A model generated the notes under the pieces. It saw only the letters and a list, made by a program, of their open reading frames with translations, was not told where the DNA came from and searched no databases. This document shows, in pieces, positions 1 through 10,489 of a stretch of 64,000 nucleotides of DNA; the first letter of the stretch is position 1; each line of letters begins with the position of its first letter. Origin of the DNA: Epithemia pelagica (lineage: Eukaryota; Protista; Bacillariophyta); the NCBI GenBank assembly GCA_946965045.2, contig OX337234.1:1240001-1304000 (forward strand), given 5' to 3'. The translations under genes and the position numbers were made by a program.

Positions 1-1947
1 CTGCGCATATAGTAACCGTCATTTGTCATTTCTGTAGGAAAAACATACACTAGCATAGATGAAACACTATCCCTAATGTCATTTCGGATTATCCCTAATG
101 GTAAAAATTGGTTTGGAGGGTTAAAAAAATTACAAAACCTGCGCTCAGCTTTTGTCGTTGCAAAACCTGAAATGACAGAAAACCCGGATTTGACGTCATA
201 TTTCCGGGTTTTTAGTGACGTGTCACCCTTCAGGTTTGGTTTTGTCGATGCTATAGGGACGGCCTCAGACACAACAGGATGACAGAAAAGCTTGCGGAGG
301 GTAGATCGAAATCGCAGACAAGATCTATCGCTAATCGCTAGAGTTGGGGTGTGCGGCAATAATCTTTTTGCATGATGCTGAAGGGTTCCAGTTCCAGTCC
401 CAGTAGACAGTAGACTTCATAGAAATAATAGAGGGATCTGGGATCTCTCCGATCTCCGATCTCCGCTTCTGGCGAACCCTCTGGGTTAGATTTTTGCAAC
501 TGAGAACTTGAGTTCGGTGCGACTTTCGCAGAGCAGTAAACACCACACTGTGATGACTCCACCTCCACCTCCAGCTCCACTGGCATCAGGCGCATCAGGC
601 AAATGCCATCGTCCTCCAAACTACGAACCCTATGATGCGTGAAGCTTCTCAGACCAAGTAGACCTTGAAGACTAAGAAATCTACAATCGACTCACATATT
701 TCGTAGTGTTGCTGTTATGATGCAATTCTAACTCCTATCTCGAAGCCTTTTGGTGACACCATAAGCCCTACTGACTTCAGACTGGAATCTCATCTGCCCT
801 GTCCTCTCTGGCTGTGTGCATCCAACAGTCTAGGTTGGTAGGTTTTGTATTTCGTATACTCATCACCCCCTTCTCTCTAAGACTATAATATACTACTCCC
901 AGTAGGTACTCCTTGCTCATACTCCTAGGAGTAGACTCAAAAGTAGGCCTGCCCCATACCCTAGCTAGATTCCACAAAAGGGATTCTCCTGTTGCTAGAG
1001 TAAGCAAGATTCGTTGATGCTGATGCATCTTCCACAATTCTTGGTGAGTGTTCTTTGTTGTTGTTCCGAGCTATCGAAGGTTCTCGAAAGGGATCTGCCG
1101 AACTCGTGATGTGATAACCATGTCGGCCGACAAAAAGGTCACAGCTCACGGGACTGCAAAGGAACGAGCTTTCGTGATTCGCGGGGAGGTGAGAGTAACA
1201 TAGCATCAGATAGCATCCCAAATCCCAATCCCATCAGGGAGGTGAACGATGCGGCGAGAGTTACGGAAAGCGTGGATGCACCATCCTTGCAAACAGTCTA
1301 GGTTGAGAGAACTGGGTTTCACGTTGGTGCCCCGTACGAATTATTTCCATGTTACCAGCCTGGTTGAAACCTAGTCCTGATGATTTGAAAAGGACGAATG
1401 AAATACTTCTGACCTCCCTATTTTGAGACTTGCTGGCATTGTATTTTGTCGTTTTACACGGTATAGCCGTTCGGTTGCCAAATGCGGTTTGATTCTTTGT
1501 TTATATTGCATGAGCTCAGGACTCAGGACCTACTCCTACAAGTACTTTCTATCTATTATCTCTATCTTTGCTATCCGTATGGGGCCACAATTTTTCAGTA
1601 CATTTGATCATGGTCGTGCGGAAATTTTAACGCGCGCCAGGCGACAAGCCGGACCTGTTGTTTTCGGGCGCCACGTGCCACTTTTGTCCAATGGGTCCAT
1701 TGTGCAATGCCACCAACCGAGGCGCCAAAGACATCGAGTTCTGCGCTCCGAGCAGCCTGTCAAAAGATCTACGAGAAGACCAGCACATACCCCGCCCGAG
1801 ACGATGGATCCTGGTTCCGAGGTTGTCGAAGGATGCCTCCATAAAGCGCAGGGACGTATCATCTCTGAGTGGACGTGATTCAAAGAAAAGGACAAGGACG
1901 GCGAAAATGGGCGGTGGGGACTACCAAGACTATCTTTTCATTATGTT

Positions 1948-2865
1948 TCAGTTGTACAGGCTGCAAGGCACTCCAACGTTTTTCTTGCTGCTGGGGTTGC
2001 GTCCCGCGGTGCTGTTATAAGTGGTCGAGCCACCACTATTTTCAATCATCATCAACAATTCCGATTCATTTGAAGCATCATCCAGCACCATGTTGTTGTC
2101 GCGGTGACCCAAGGAACCTGCTGGCCACATGTTGGGCATCCAAGTCATGCGAGCAGACTGATAGCTGCCACTTGTGGGAAGTACAATCCTCTGATTCTCG
2201 CGGGTATTTTTGCGAGTTGCAAAGAGCCAAATGACCAAAAAGAACAGAATACCAATCAAAGAGACCACCGCGGGAAATCCGTACAAGAACATGATGCGTT
2301 GCGACGATTCGAGCTGTGTGACGGCGGAGTTGATCTGATTCAATTCAAACGTGACTGTCGCAAGCTCCGCATCCACCTGAGCCTTTTGAGTGTCAATCTC
2401 TCCCTGAAGTTTGTCAATGCTGACTTGGAGTTTGACGGACTGCACAAGCTCACTCTGCGCCATCTTTGCTTTCCACTCCGCCATTTCATCTTCCATACCC
2501 GCCTTCATCAGACTGAGCTCTGTCTCGGGGTCATTCTTGACTTTTTCTGTTTCGGCTTGGTCAATCTTTTGAAGCAAGACCATTTGCTGAAGAGTATACT
2601 CTTTCAGCTGTTGGACCTTGCTGTCAATCTCTTGGTTCATGTCATCGACGTCATGTTGCTCAATGCCACTCAAAAGATCCAGCTTGGAAGCCCATAGCTG
2701 CTCGTCCGCCGCTAGGTCCTTTGTTGTCTGATCTGCCTCCTTTCGGAGTGCCGCAATCTGGTCGGCATTCAAGTTAAACTTACCTGAAAGGTCCTTTAAG
2801 GCGTTGGTGTTTTGTTTGACCTTGTCCATGTTGATAGACGACGGTTTGGAAGAGTGGCCTCCCAT
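1948..2865 (-). CDS. Coiled-coil protein with N-terminal myristoylation-like motif and one C-proximal transmembrane helix
   Basis: 305-aa ORF from ATG; starts MGGHSS (MGxxxS); about 180 aa of heptad-like Q/E/K/L-rich sequence; hydrophobic IMFLYGFPAVVSLIGILFFLVIWLFA followed by basic TRKNTR. Confidence 0.75.
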   Translation of the reverse strand: MGGHSSKPSSINMDKVKQNTNALKDLSGKFNLNADQIAALRKEADQTTKDLAADEQLWASKLDLLSGIEQHDVDDMNQEIDSKVQQLKEYTLQQMVLLQKIDQAETEKVKNDPETELSLMKAGMEDEMAEWKAKMAQSELVQSVKLQVSIDKLQGEIDTQKAQVDAELATVTFELNQINSAVTQLESSQRIMFLYGFPAVVSLIGILFFLVIWLFATRKNTRENQRIVLPTSGSYQSARMTWMPNMWPAGSLGHRDNNMVLDDASNESELLMMIENSGGSTTYNSTAGRNPSSKKNVGVPCSLYN

Positions 2866-3707
2866 GAGTCGTCCTCTAATTTATGAGCCACTTTGTGTGG
2901 GTCGTAGACGAAAACGGTGTTACTTTCGTGTGAAACTTTCGGGTGAAACTTTCAGGTCAAGTTGCCTCTTCCTCCCCGTAGATAGCATTTCCAGTTTGTG
3001 AGTGATAGCTGTCGTTGAAACTCGTAGCTTTTTATCATATCCCGCGTGGCGATGAGGAATGACTTTTGTTATATTTTCTCGTCCCCATGACTGCAACGAT
3101 TGTTCGCACGGAGGAGCATGCTTCGAGAAAAGGAAGAAACGAATAACTTGATCCTTCCGACTAGGTGGACGATATGGAGACGTGGTCTGTTGTTGCGCCA
3201 TTTTCATACAGTTCGAGTGGCTTATTTTCCGACTACCAGTCTACATACTGCAAGTGATTAGTTTGTGATGAGAGTACTCCTACTCGCATGTGTTTAGTAG
3301 CAACCCTATCAATAACGAGATGATAATCCAAGCTGATTGCTCGTTGGAAGACGAATTCTCACCCTGTTTGATTCCATTACATGCTCTAAGGAATCTGACG
3401 AATTACGAGTCCCATTCTCGTGCTCTTTCTCTTGCAACAAGACCCTTCAAAATTGGCTCATATCATAGCAGGGGTAGGTAGAGCAAATGCGACGTGACCA
3501 AACTTGGTCAGTCGTACTATACTGTGGCTGGGAGTTTTGTCTTGTGGATAGCACATAGGACAGACAGTCAAGTCACTGACCAATGGTGATGTGACGTGAC
3601 GGACTCCGTTACAGGTCATTGTCATCCGTTGTCATGCCATTTACTCCACTCTCAAGACCCCATCGTCTTGATTGTGTTGTTGAACACTGATTCCGACCTG
3701 CTGTCCT

Positions 3708-5381
3708 TTGTCATCCTCATCATCATCATCGGAAGAAGAGGGTCAGCCATCGCCAGTCCGAAGGAACGAGAGAGAGGCAGCCTCCGTGTGCCATAGTAGT
3801 TCTTCCAAGATTCCGTCGACAACGACGACCAGTACCACCAGGTTCCAGTACAACAACCACAACGACAAGCGACTTTCTCCTCGTGCAGCCCTCTTGATTA
3901 CCTTGAAACGCAACAAAAGCTTGTTTTGTATCAAAGGGTATCGTCAATTTTGGACCATCTTGCTTTTGCTGTCACTTGTCGTTGGTACCATTTTCTCCCT
4001 TTCTTGCTGGTGTTCCACCACCAACTGTTCGTGGTGGCCCCAGCTGCTCTTTCCTCGATTGGTCCACCACCACCAAAAATCACACTTTCATCACTTGCAT
4101 TATCCACAACAACATCAACAACAACATTTCAAGAAGCAATTAGCTCGTAACTTTTTGAGAGGCATCCGACGTGATCCAGCACATTCCAGTCACCCATACA
4201 GCAGTGGCAGCGGTATCCATTTCCAACCTGTTTCGGGACCGTCTACTACTACAACAACAGCATCTACTACACCCTTAGCCACTGGAACACGAGCTCCTTC
4301 GGCGTCCACAGAATCTTACCAAGGAACCTCCCTCACCACAAGCAGTAGCAGGAACAGCCGTATGGGGATCACCATGTCATCGTCATCGGCACCCACACTC
4401 AGCGTGTTGCAAAAGCAAAATGCCGAAACGAGCAATGCCTTGATTGAATATTTCACCTCGTCAAGGTCGGCCGACTTTGTCAAATTGGCCGAGTACGAAG
4501 GAGACTTGACTGCTCGTCGAGATCAGGAAGACGATGACAAACTGGCCAAGGGCATTGAATTTGCCAAGGAAAAGGGTGTCATTGATCCCAGGTTTGTCCC
4601 ACAACCCTATGTGGAAATTGATGTCTTGGGCAAGTCACCTCAGCAAGTCGCCGATCAAATCTTGCAACAGACGATTCATACCAAGGACGCTGAAAGTGGT
4701 GTCATTGTCTTGGTCGGTTTGTCCGGAACGGGCAAGGGAACGACCGTGGCCCAATTGCGACAAAAATTACAAGACGAACAAGGCAAACAAGTCGTCACCT
4801 GGTCCAATGGGAATATTTTTCGAAGCGTCACCTTGTTGGCCGCCACTTGGTGCGAACAACAACCCAACGGTCCTGTGGACATTCAACAAGCCTTGACCAA
4901 GGAAAATTTGGCCCAATTCATGTCCATGTTGTCCTTTGGTAAATTCGGTCAGGACGACAAGTACGATACTCGCATTCAAGGATTGGGTTTGGATTTGTTC
5001 GTGTCGGAGGTTCAAAACACGTTGCTGAAATCTCCCAAGGTATCTCAAAACATTCCCACGGTCGCCCAAGTGACACAGGGTGAAGTTATTTTGTTTGCCG
5101 CCGAGGCCATGCAACGCATGACGACCGAAACACCCAATTTGTTTGTCTTGTTGGAAGGACGGGCCCAAACCGTCAATTACGTGCCCACCGACCATCGCTT
5201 TTCCCTCGTTTTGAGTGATGCCAGTTTGATTGGCAAACGACGAGCCGCCCAACGTGTCATGGCGGAAACCCTCAAACACATTCCAGATGGCAGCACTACA
5301 GAGGAAAATGCGGCTGTCGAACAAGCCATGCAAACCGCCTTGACCAGTCTAGTCCAAGAGATTTCGACCACCTCTTCCTAA
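3708..5381 (+). CDS. Cytidylate/nucleoside-monophosphate kinase-like P-loop protein (start could be 3708 or 4362)
   Basis: Walker A GLSGTGKGTT; SNGNIFRSVT resembling Cmk DTGAMYRAV; LLEGRAQT resembling Cmk VMEGRDIG; low-complexity N-terminal extension with one hydrophobic segment. Confidence 0.75.
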   Translation: MSSSSSSSEEEGQPSPVRRNEREAASVCHSSSSKIPSTTTTSTTRFQYNNHNDKRLSPRAALLITLKRNKSLFCIKGYRQFWTILLLLSLVVGTIFSLSCWCSTTNCSWWPQLLFPRLVHHHQKSHFHHLHYPQQHQQQHFKKQLARNFLRGIRRDPAHSSHPYSSGSGIHFQPVSGPSTTTTTASTTPLATGTRAPSASTESYQGTSLTTSSSRNSRMGITMSSSSAPTLSVLQKQNAETSNALIEYFTSSRSADFVKLAEYEGDLTARRDQEDDDKLAKGIEFAKEKGVIDPRFVPQPYVEIDVLGKSPQQVADQILQQTIHTKDAESGVIVLVGLSGTGKGTTVAQLRQKLQDEQGKQVVTWSNGNIFRSVTLLAATWCEQQPNGPVDIQQALTKENLAQFMSMLSFGKFGQDDKYDTRIQGLGLDLFVSEVQNTLLKSPKVSQNIPTVAQVTQGEVILFAAEAMQRMTTETPNLFVLLEGRAQTVNYVPTDHRFSLVLSDASLIGKRRAAQRVMAETLKHIPDGSTTEENAAVEQAMQTALTSLVQEISTTSS

Positions 5382-5675
5382 CTTATAGAAAGCATTGCAA
5401 CGACATGACGCGTGTATCTTGTTGCAGTGGATGGACCTACTTAATAGCTATTCCAAATCTCTTGTGCATACGATAGACTGTCCAATGGTCCATCATGGCA
5501 TCCTTCCTAGAGAAATACGTAGTCAGGCATATCGACTTGATCGTTTTTCTCTCTACAATACTGTTATCGAAACTACAACATTGGTTTCATAAAACTATGC
5601 AGGAGGGAAGAATGACAACCGTTTGGGCCACTCGGACTCTGTCGAGTGAAAATGGTCTTGCGCGCGATTCGCATA

Positions 5676-6563
5676 TCATGACTGTGACGGATGTTGTCGA
5701 GCCAAGAGACCCTGGAGTTGTCCGGATTGAAGTGCCTCTTCAAGCTCCTGCGTACTTCCCAAATGGAGTCCATCCACAAAGACAAACGGTACGGCCGTCG
5801 TCGTCGTCAGTGTCGTTTCAGCCGAACTACTACTAGTCGTCATGAGAACCAACTCGTGTCGAATCCCTTTGGCATCGGGCATTTCGGAAATATCATGAAA
5901 GGCCACATGGACATGTTTGTGGACAAACTCGTCGTGTTCCAACAAGTCCTTGGCCCTTTGACTTGCGGTACCATTCTTGCTGCTGCTTTCCGAGTCCTGG
6001 TGGTGGTTGGCAAATCCTTCGCCCCAGACCACAATTTCATGCGCATTGTTTTCATGTTCAATCATGGTGCGCAACAAGGCACATCCCCCAGTGGCTTTTT
6101 CATGCTTGTCATTGGCGTCATGGTCCACATCCTCCTTCTTTTCTTCGTCGTCTTCTTCACGATTCTCGGTTTGGACCTTCTCGTTTTCGTTCTGGTCCGA
6201 CGAGTGCAGTAGGAGACGTTCCAATTCTCCGCTATGGTAGGCGGCAAGGAGAGCCTCATGTCCCGCATACGACGTTTGGTTTTGGACCACAATTTGAGGA
6301 ATCACCGTCGGTTTCGTAGGGACACCACTTGTCGTCTTGGTTGGAGCGTCGGCCCGCTGCCATTTGGTCAAGACGCGTTCAATCGCGATCCCATCGGGTA
6401 CCAAATTGAGATTATGAATTCTCAAGGGAATGGTAGGAAAGTTGGTTTGCAAGAGTTGTTGACTGCGAATACTATCGGCACAATACGATTTGGACCACAC
6501 AACGACCGGATGGTCGTTTTGCTCGGCTTGAATGTAGTTCCAAATCCATGTGTCGTTTCTCAT
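5676..6563 (-). CDS. Protein with two glutaredoxin-like domains
   Basis: VVVWSKSYCADS (CxxS), IPQIVV...AGHEALLAAYHSGELERLL and VPFVFVDGLHLGSTQELEEALQSGQLQGLL are Grx-fold signatures. ATG at 6563 chosen within the 5676-6875 ORF. Confidence 0.75.
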   Translation of the reverse strand: MRNDTWIWNYIQAEQNDHPVVVWSKSYCADSIRSQQLLQTNFPTIPLRIHNLNLVPDGIAIERVLTKWQRADAPTKTTSGVPTKPTVIPQIVVQNQTSYAGHEALLAAYHSGELERLLLHSSDQNENEKVQTENREEDDEEKKEDVDHDANDKHEKATGGCALLRTMIEHENNAHEIVVWGEGFANHHQDSESSSKNGTASQRAKDLLEHDEFVHKHVHVAFHDISEMPDAKGIRHELVLMTTSSSSAETTLTTTTAVPFVFVDGLHLGSTQELEEALQSGQLQGLLARQHPSQS

Positions 6564-7206
6564 GATACAATAGTGTTGTTGTGGCAATTCTTGGTAATGT
6601 TCTAGTTCCAGAAACTTGTTGGGTTGCGTTCGATCCAATCTCTCTCCAGCAGCAAGGGATTTTTTTGCCTCTGGGATTGTGTTGTTGCAGTTTCTCTTCT
6701 TGCTTGTGTGCGATTTTGTGAGCTCAGCGTTTTTGTGAAAAGACGGAAGGCGTGTGCGTGTGTGTGTCCCGCGACATGGACGTGACCCGACAGCATTTCC
6801 CGAGCGGTTTCGTGGAGCTTCTTCGTTGATGCGCGAGCCCGTCGTCCGATGCGGCGCGCGCGGTTCGTACGTCACCTGGGACTCAAAACAAAAACCGAGT
6901 CCCCAGTCGCTCGATGCCTCCCTCCGGCAGCAGTCATCTTTTCACGAACAACAACCCAAATAGACTTATGGCGTTCTCTTGTGGATGTCACAGGAAAAGA
7001 CAAACCCGAAGTTCGTTCATCCATCAAAAAGAGACTGCGTTTGTTCTAGTAATGCATCGTTGGATCTCCAAGGTTGCGGAGACGGTTGAGTAGAGGATCG
7101 GTATCATATCTCGGTGTGGACAGCAAGTCCATGCCACGAGGCAAGGAGTGACCACAGTCATCATCATCCTTGCGGCCACAATTCACTCGAGTGTGAGAAA
7201 AGAGAA

Positions 7207-9707
7207 ATGGGTCGAATCACAGTGTTTACATGTCCGATGACTTGAATTCCAAGCAAGTACTCAAGGAATTGGACCGTCGGTCGTTGCCCTACGTGGAAAT
7301 CGATGTCGGTGCCCATCCTTCCAAACGCCTCGATTTGGAAGCTCTCACCGGAGTAGCGGCCGTGCCACAATGAAAAGGGGAAGGGTTATAGGGATAAGCC
7401 CGACCACTCGACCAATAGCGCTATTGGTCGAGTGGTCGGGCTTATCCCTATAACCCTTCCCCTTTTCAAAAGATAACACTGGGGGGCCACATTGGTGGAC
7501 ACTGCCCCAGGAAATCTCCGCCCCTCCTGGAAGGGACTCGCGCTAATTGGTTACCGATGTGGCCCCCTGAACGTGGTAGGTCGGCGCCGAATCTGCGATA
7601 CCTCATGCTCTACTGGCTTACTCTTAGGCTTTACAACGTCAGTCGCTACCAAACTCTACACACTCGCTACAATTTTGCGTTTCCACAGGGACCCGATCCT
7701 GTGACCTCAGTGTTATCTTTTGAAAAGGGGAAGGGTTATAGGGATAAGCCCGACCACTCGACCAATAGCGCTATTGGTCGAGTGGTCGGGCTTGTCCCTA
7801 TAACCCTTCCCCTTTTCACACAAGTCTTTTTCAATACCCGTTACATTGGTGGACTGGAAGACTGTTTGTACGAATTGCGCAAATGGGATCGTCAAACCCG
7901 CTATGCGACACTCGTGGAAAAGTATCAAGCGGAAATTGCTTCCGGCTTTGATCCGGACAATGCCCGGTTGGCCCTTCCCGACCACAACGAGAGGGTTGTC
8001 GAGGAACCGGCCAAGGCTCGCAAATGCAAGGCCGTTTTGGAAATGCCGGATGGGTCCACCACGATTGCCATTCGAAAAGTGGTCGAGGTCTTGCTTCAAC
8101 ATATTCCACTCGAATCGCTCGTGTACCAGCCCAGTGGTGCCACCTTTGCCAATAGTGCGTCCGGTGACACGGTGGTGGAATCCCTGCAATCGGCCTGGGG
8201 GATCAGCCCCACCGAGGCGGTGGATTGGGCCGAACACTTGACCGAACAAGGTCTGCTCTACCATGTCGATTCGCACAATTTTCCACCCCATCTCCGATCC
8301 AGTTTTCAACACACACCCAAGGATTTGTATCGACTCTGTTGTCACGCCGATCCTTGGACCTTGAACTCGTACCTTCCCCTCTGGCCTTCGTCGGGCAGCA
8401 TACTCTCCCAAAATCTCAACAATAGTTTTGTCTTTACCGACTCGGCCGCCTCAGTGTCAAGTCGAGGGAGTGGTAGTACAGCGGCCAGTCCCAATGTGTC
8501 CTTATTGGATACCATTCACAATTTGCATCGACTCGTTGCCGTCATGGAATTGTCCAGTTTGGATCCCGAAACAGGTCGTCTGAATACACGGCATGCCATC
8601 ACGCTCACCAACTTTGTCAAGCTAGAAGAAACAGCCTGTGAACTTCAGGCTGTTTCCAAAGAATCTCTCTTTTTGCTCAGCGAAAATGAAATGACTGCCT
8701 TTTGTTTGAATCTCTATTCCATTTTGATTCGTTTGGCTCATCTCAAAGTCGGAACTCCCGCCACCGAAGCCGATCGATTGCATTTGTTGCAACATGTCAA
8801 GTTCCAACTCGCCGAGGAAACCTATACGCTGCAAGAATGGGTCGACATTCTCACGTATCGAACCGAATTCAAGGTCCACCTGAATCATCATGGGTCGTAC
8901 TCCCGGAGCAACAGCAATTTGCTTCCCATCAATCCCCATCACAATAACAGTTTTAGCGTGGCCGGAAGCCTGTACAGTGAACACGATGACTCCTCATCCG
9001 AAAGCTTGTCGGTCAAACGAGACAAGCGCTTGTTGTTGGCTCTCTTTGTGGGCCCCCATGGTGGATCGCGATGGAGTTTGCCCTTTGCCCGATACACGGC
9101 GCAACAGTTGGACCAAGAATTGGAAATCACCGCCCGCGTCTTTTGTCAAGACAATGCCCATGTCCTTGTGAATCGAGCCGAACATGCCGTCGAACTCGTT
9201 TCGTCCGTCTTTGTCACGTATCGCAGTGAATTTGCCGGTACCACCACCAAAAAACCATCCGACATGAATACAAGCCTTTTGGAAACAATTCATTCCTACT
9301 TGCATGGGAAGAAACGATCGGATTTGTCCGCCATGTTGCAGCAACAACAACACTATCAACAACAAAGTTTGAGCAGTAGTAGTAGTCGCAGTAGCAGTGA
9401 CAAGATTCGCATCGTGTACCGGGACCCCAACGAAGGCATTGGGGGTCGTCATGTCGTTCCGGGAAGCCCCATCTATCAAGCCGCAACTCTGGTCCAAACG
9501 CGGCGGCGCAGTGGCAATGCCGCCCTGACCAGCAGTCCCACCAGCAAGAAGAGTCCCGTCGCGGTCAAGGGAGGGGGAGCCCTCGTGGGCTCTTTGCTGC
9601 GACGCATGGATTCGAAACGACGAAAACAACAACAACAAGCCCAAAAAGGACGAAACGAATTGGATGCCGCAGCACCACGCCAAAGGTCATCGTCTCAATG
9701 GCAATAA
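7207..9707 (+). pseudogene. Glutaredoxin-DEP-DUF547 gene interrupted by a 448-bp insertion and a 5' frameshift
   Basis: MGRITVFT at 7207, frameshift near 7231, then SKQVLKELDRRSLPYVEIDV...AAVPQ | insertion | VFFNTRYIGG (reconstitutes the Grx VPQVF..YIGG motif). DEP-like AVDWAEHLTEQGLLYHV...LYRL and DUF547-like AFCLNLYSILIRLAHL follow. Confidence 0.8.
7371..7818. mobile_element. 448-bp non-coding insertion element with 98-bp palindromic termini, TG...CA ends and 5-bp TSD (CACAA)
   Basis: Palindromes 7371-7468 (perfect) and 7721-7818 (one mismatch at 7794); inner inverted repeat AAAGATAACACTG 7469-7481 / CAGTGTTATCTTT 7708-7720; CACAA at 7366-7370 and 7819-7823. Confidence 0.92.
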
Positions 9708-10189
9708 TCATCCGACACAACACGAGAAAAAAGAGACTGGGCTCCGGCATACAGTGTGTGTTTTCGTTCGCCACGAGAGGAGGGAATCGATCCAAGAACA
9801 TGACGAGTTGGTATACACTCTCGTTACACACAACGCACGTGGGGAAAAGGGGGTCGATCGGAAACCGTGCACAAGACTTGTGTGTGCCAACCATTCGACG
9901 CGAATTCAAGGAACCATGCATTGGAACGAACCACCAATTCGGATGGGAAATCCGTCCAAGCGTCGTTTGCTCTAGTGCGTGGCTGAACATTAGGGGGAAT
10001 ATGAGTACGTTAATAGAAAGAGCTAATACGTTTGTACATCTACTAGCTAGTGTAACGAGTTTCGTCCGCGTCGTCTTGCAAGGGATAGCGTCCCACAACG
10101 AAGAACAAGTTGGATGATAATCCTCGTGTCCAGAAGGTTCCTCACAGCAGTCCCTCACCCATTCGGTCGCGCTGCTGAAACGAGGCCTC

Positions 10190-10489
10190 GTTATACATGA
10201 GGCCGGAAGCATGTGGTTCTCTCTCATCCCACTGAATATGAATTTTAAAAAGTGTCGAACTGCGGACGTAGAATTCCCTTTGTTCCTGCAACACTTGTTG
10301 TCTTTCATCCACCATCCTACTGCTCGTACTGTTATACATGAGGCCGAAAGCATGTGGTTCTCTTTCTCATCCCACTGCGAAAAGGAATATTAAATGTTGT
10401 CAACTGGCCGCGGATGTAATTCCATTTGTTTCCGGAGAAACTCCAACACGTGTTGTCGTTCATCCACCATCGGACTACGACTCGTACTG
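10190..10489. repeat. Imperfect tandem duplication (about 140-160 bp units) of the ankyrin gene 3' end
   Basis: GTTATACATGAGGCC.GAAGCATGTGGTTCTCT recurs at 10190 and 10331. The minus strand gives MVDERQHVLE in the gene and MVDERQQVLQ in the copy. Confidence 0.75.

Noticed and set aside
331-1900. Short ORFs at the window start as genes
   Set aside because: No recognisable motifs, several overlapping frames, and TAG-rich decayed appearance; left unannotated.
7371-7818. CRISPR-like array, or retrozyme with hammerhead
   Set aside because: Only two repeat units, no cas genes, eukaryotic context, and no CTGATGA...GAAA core.
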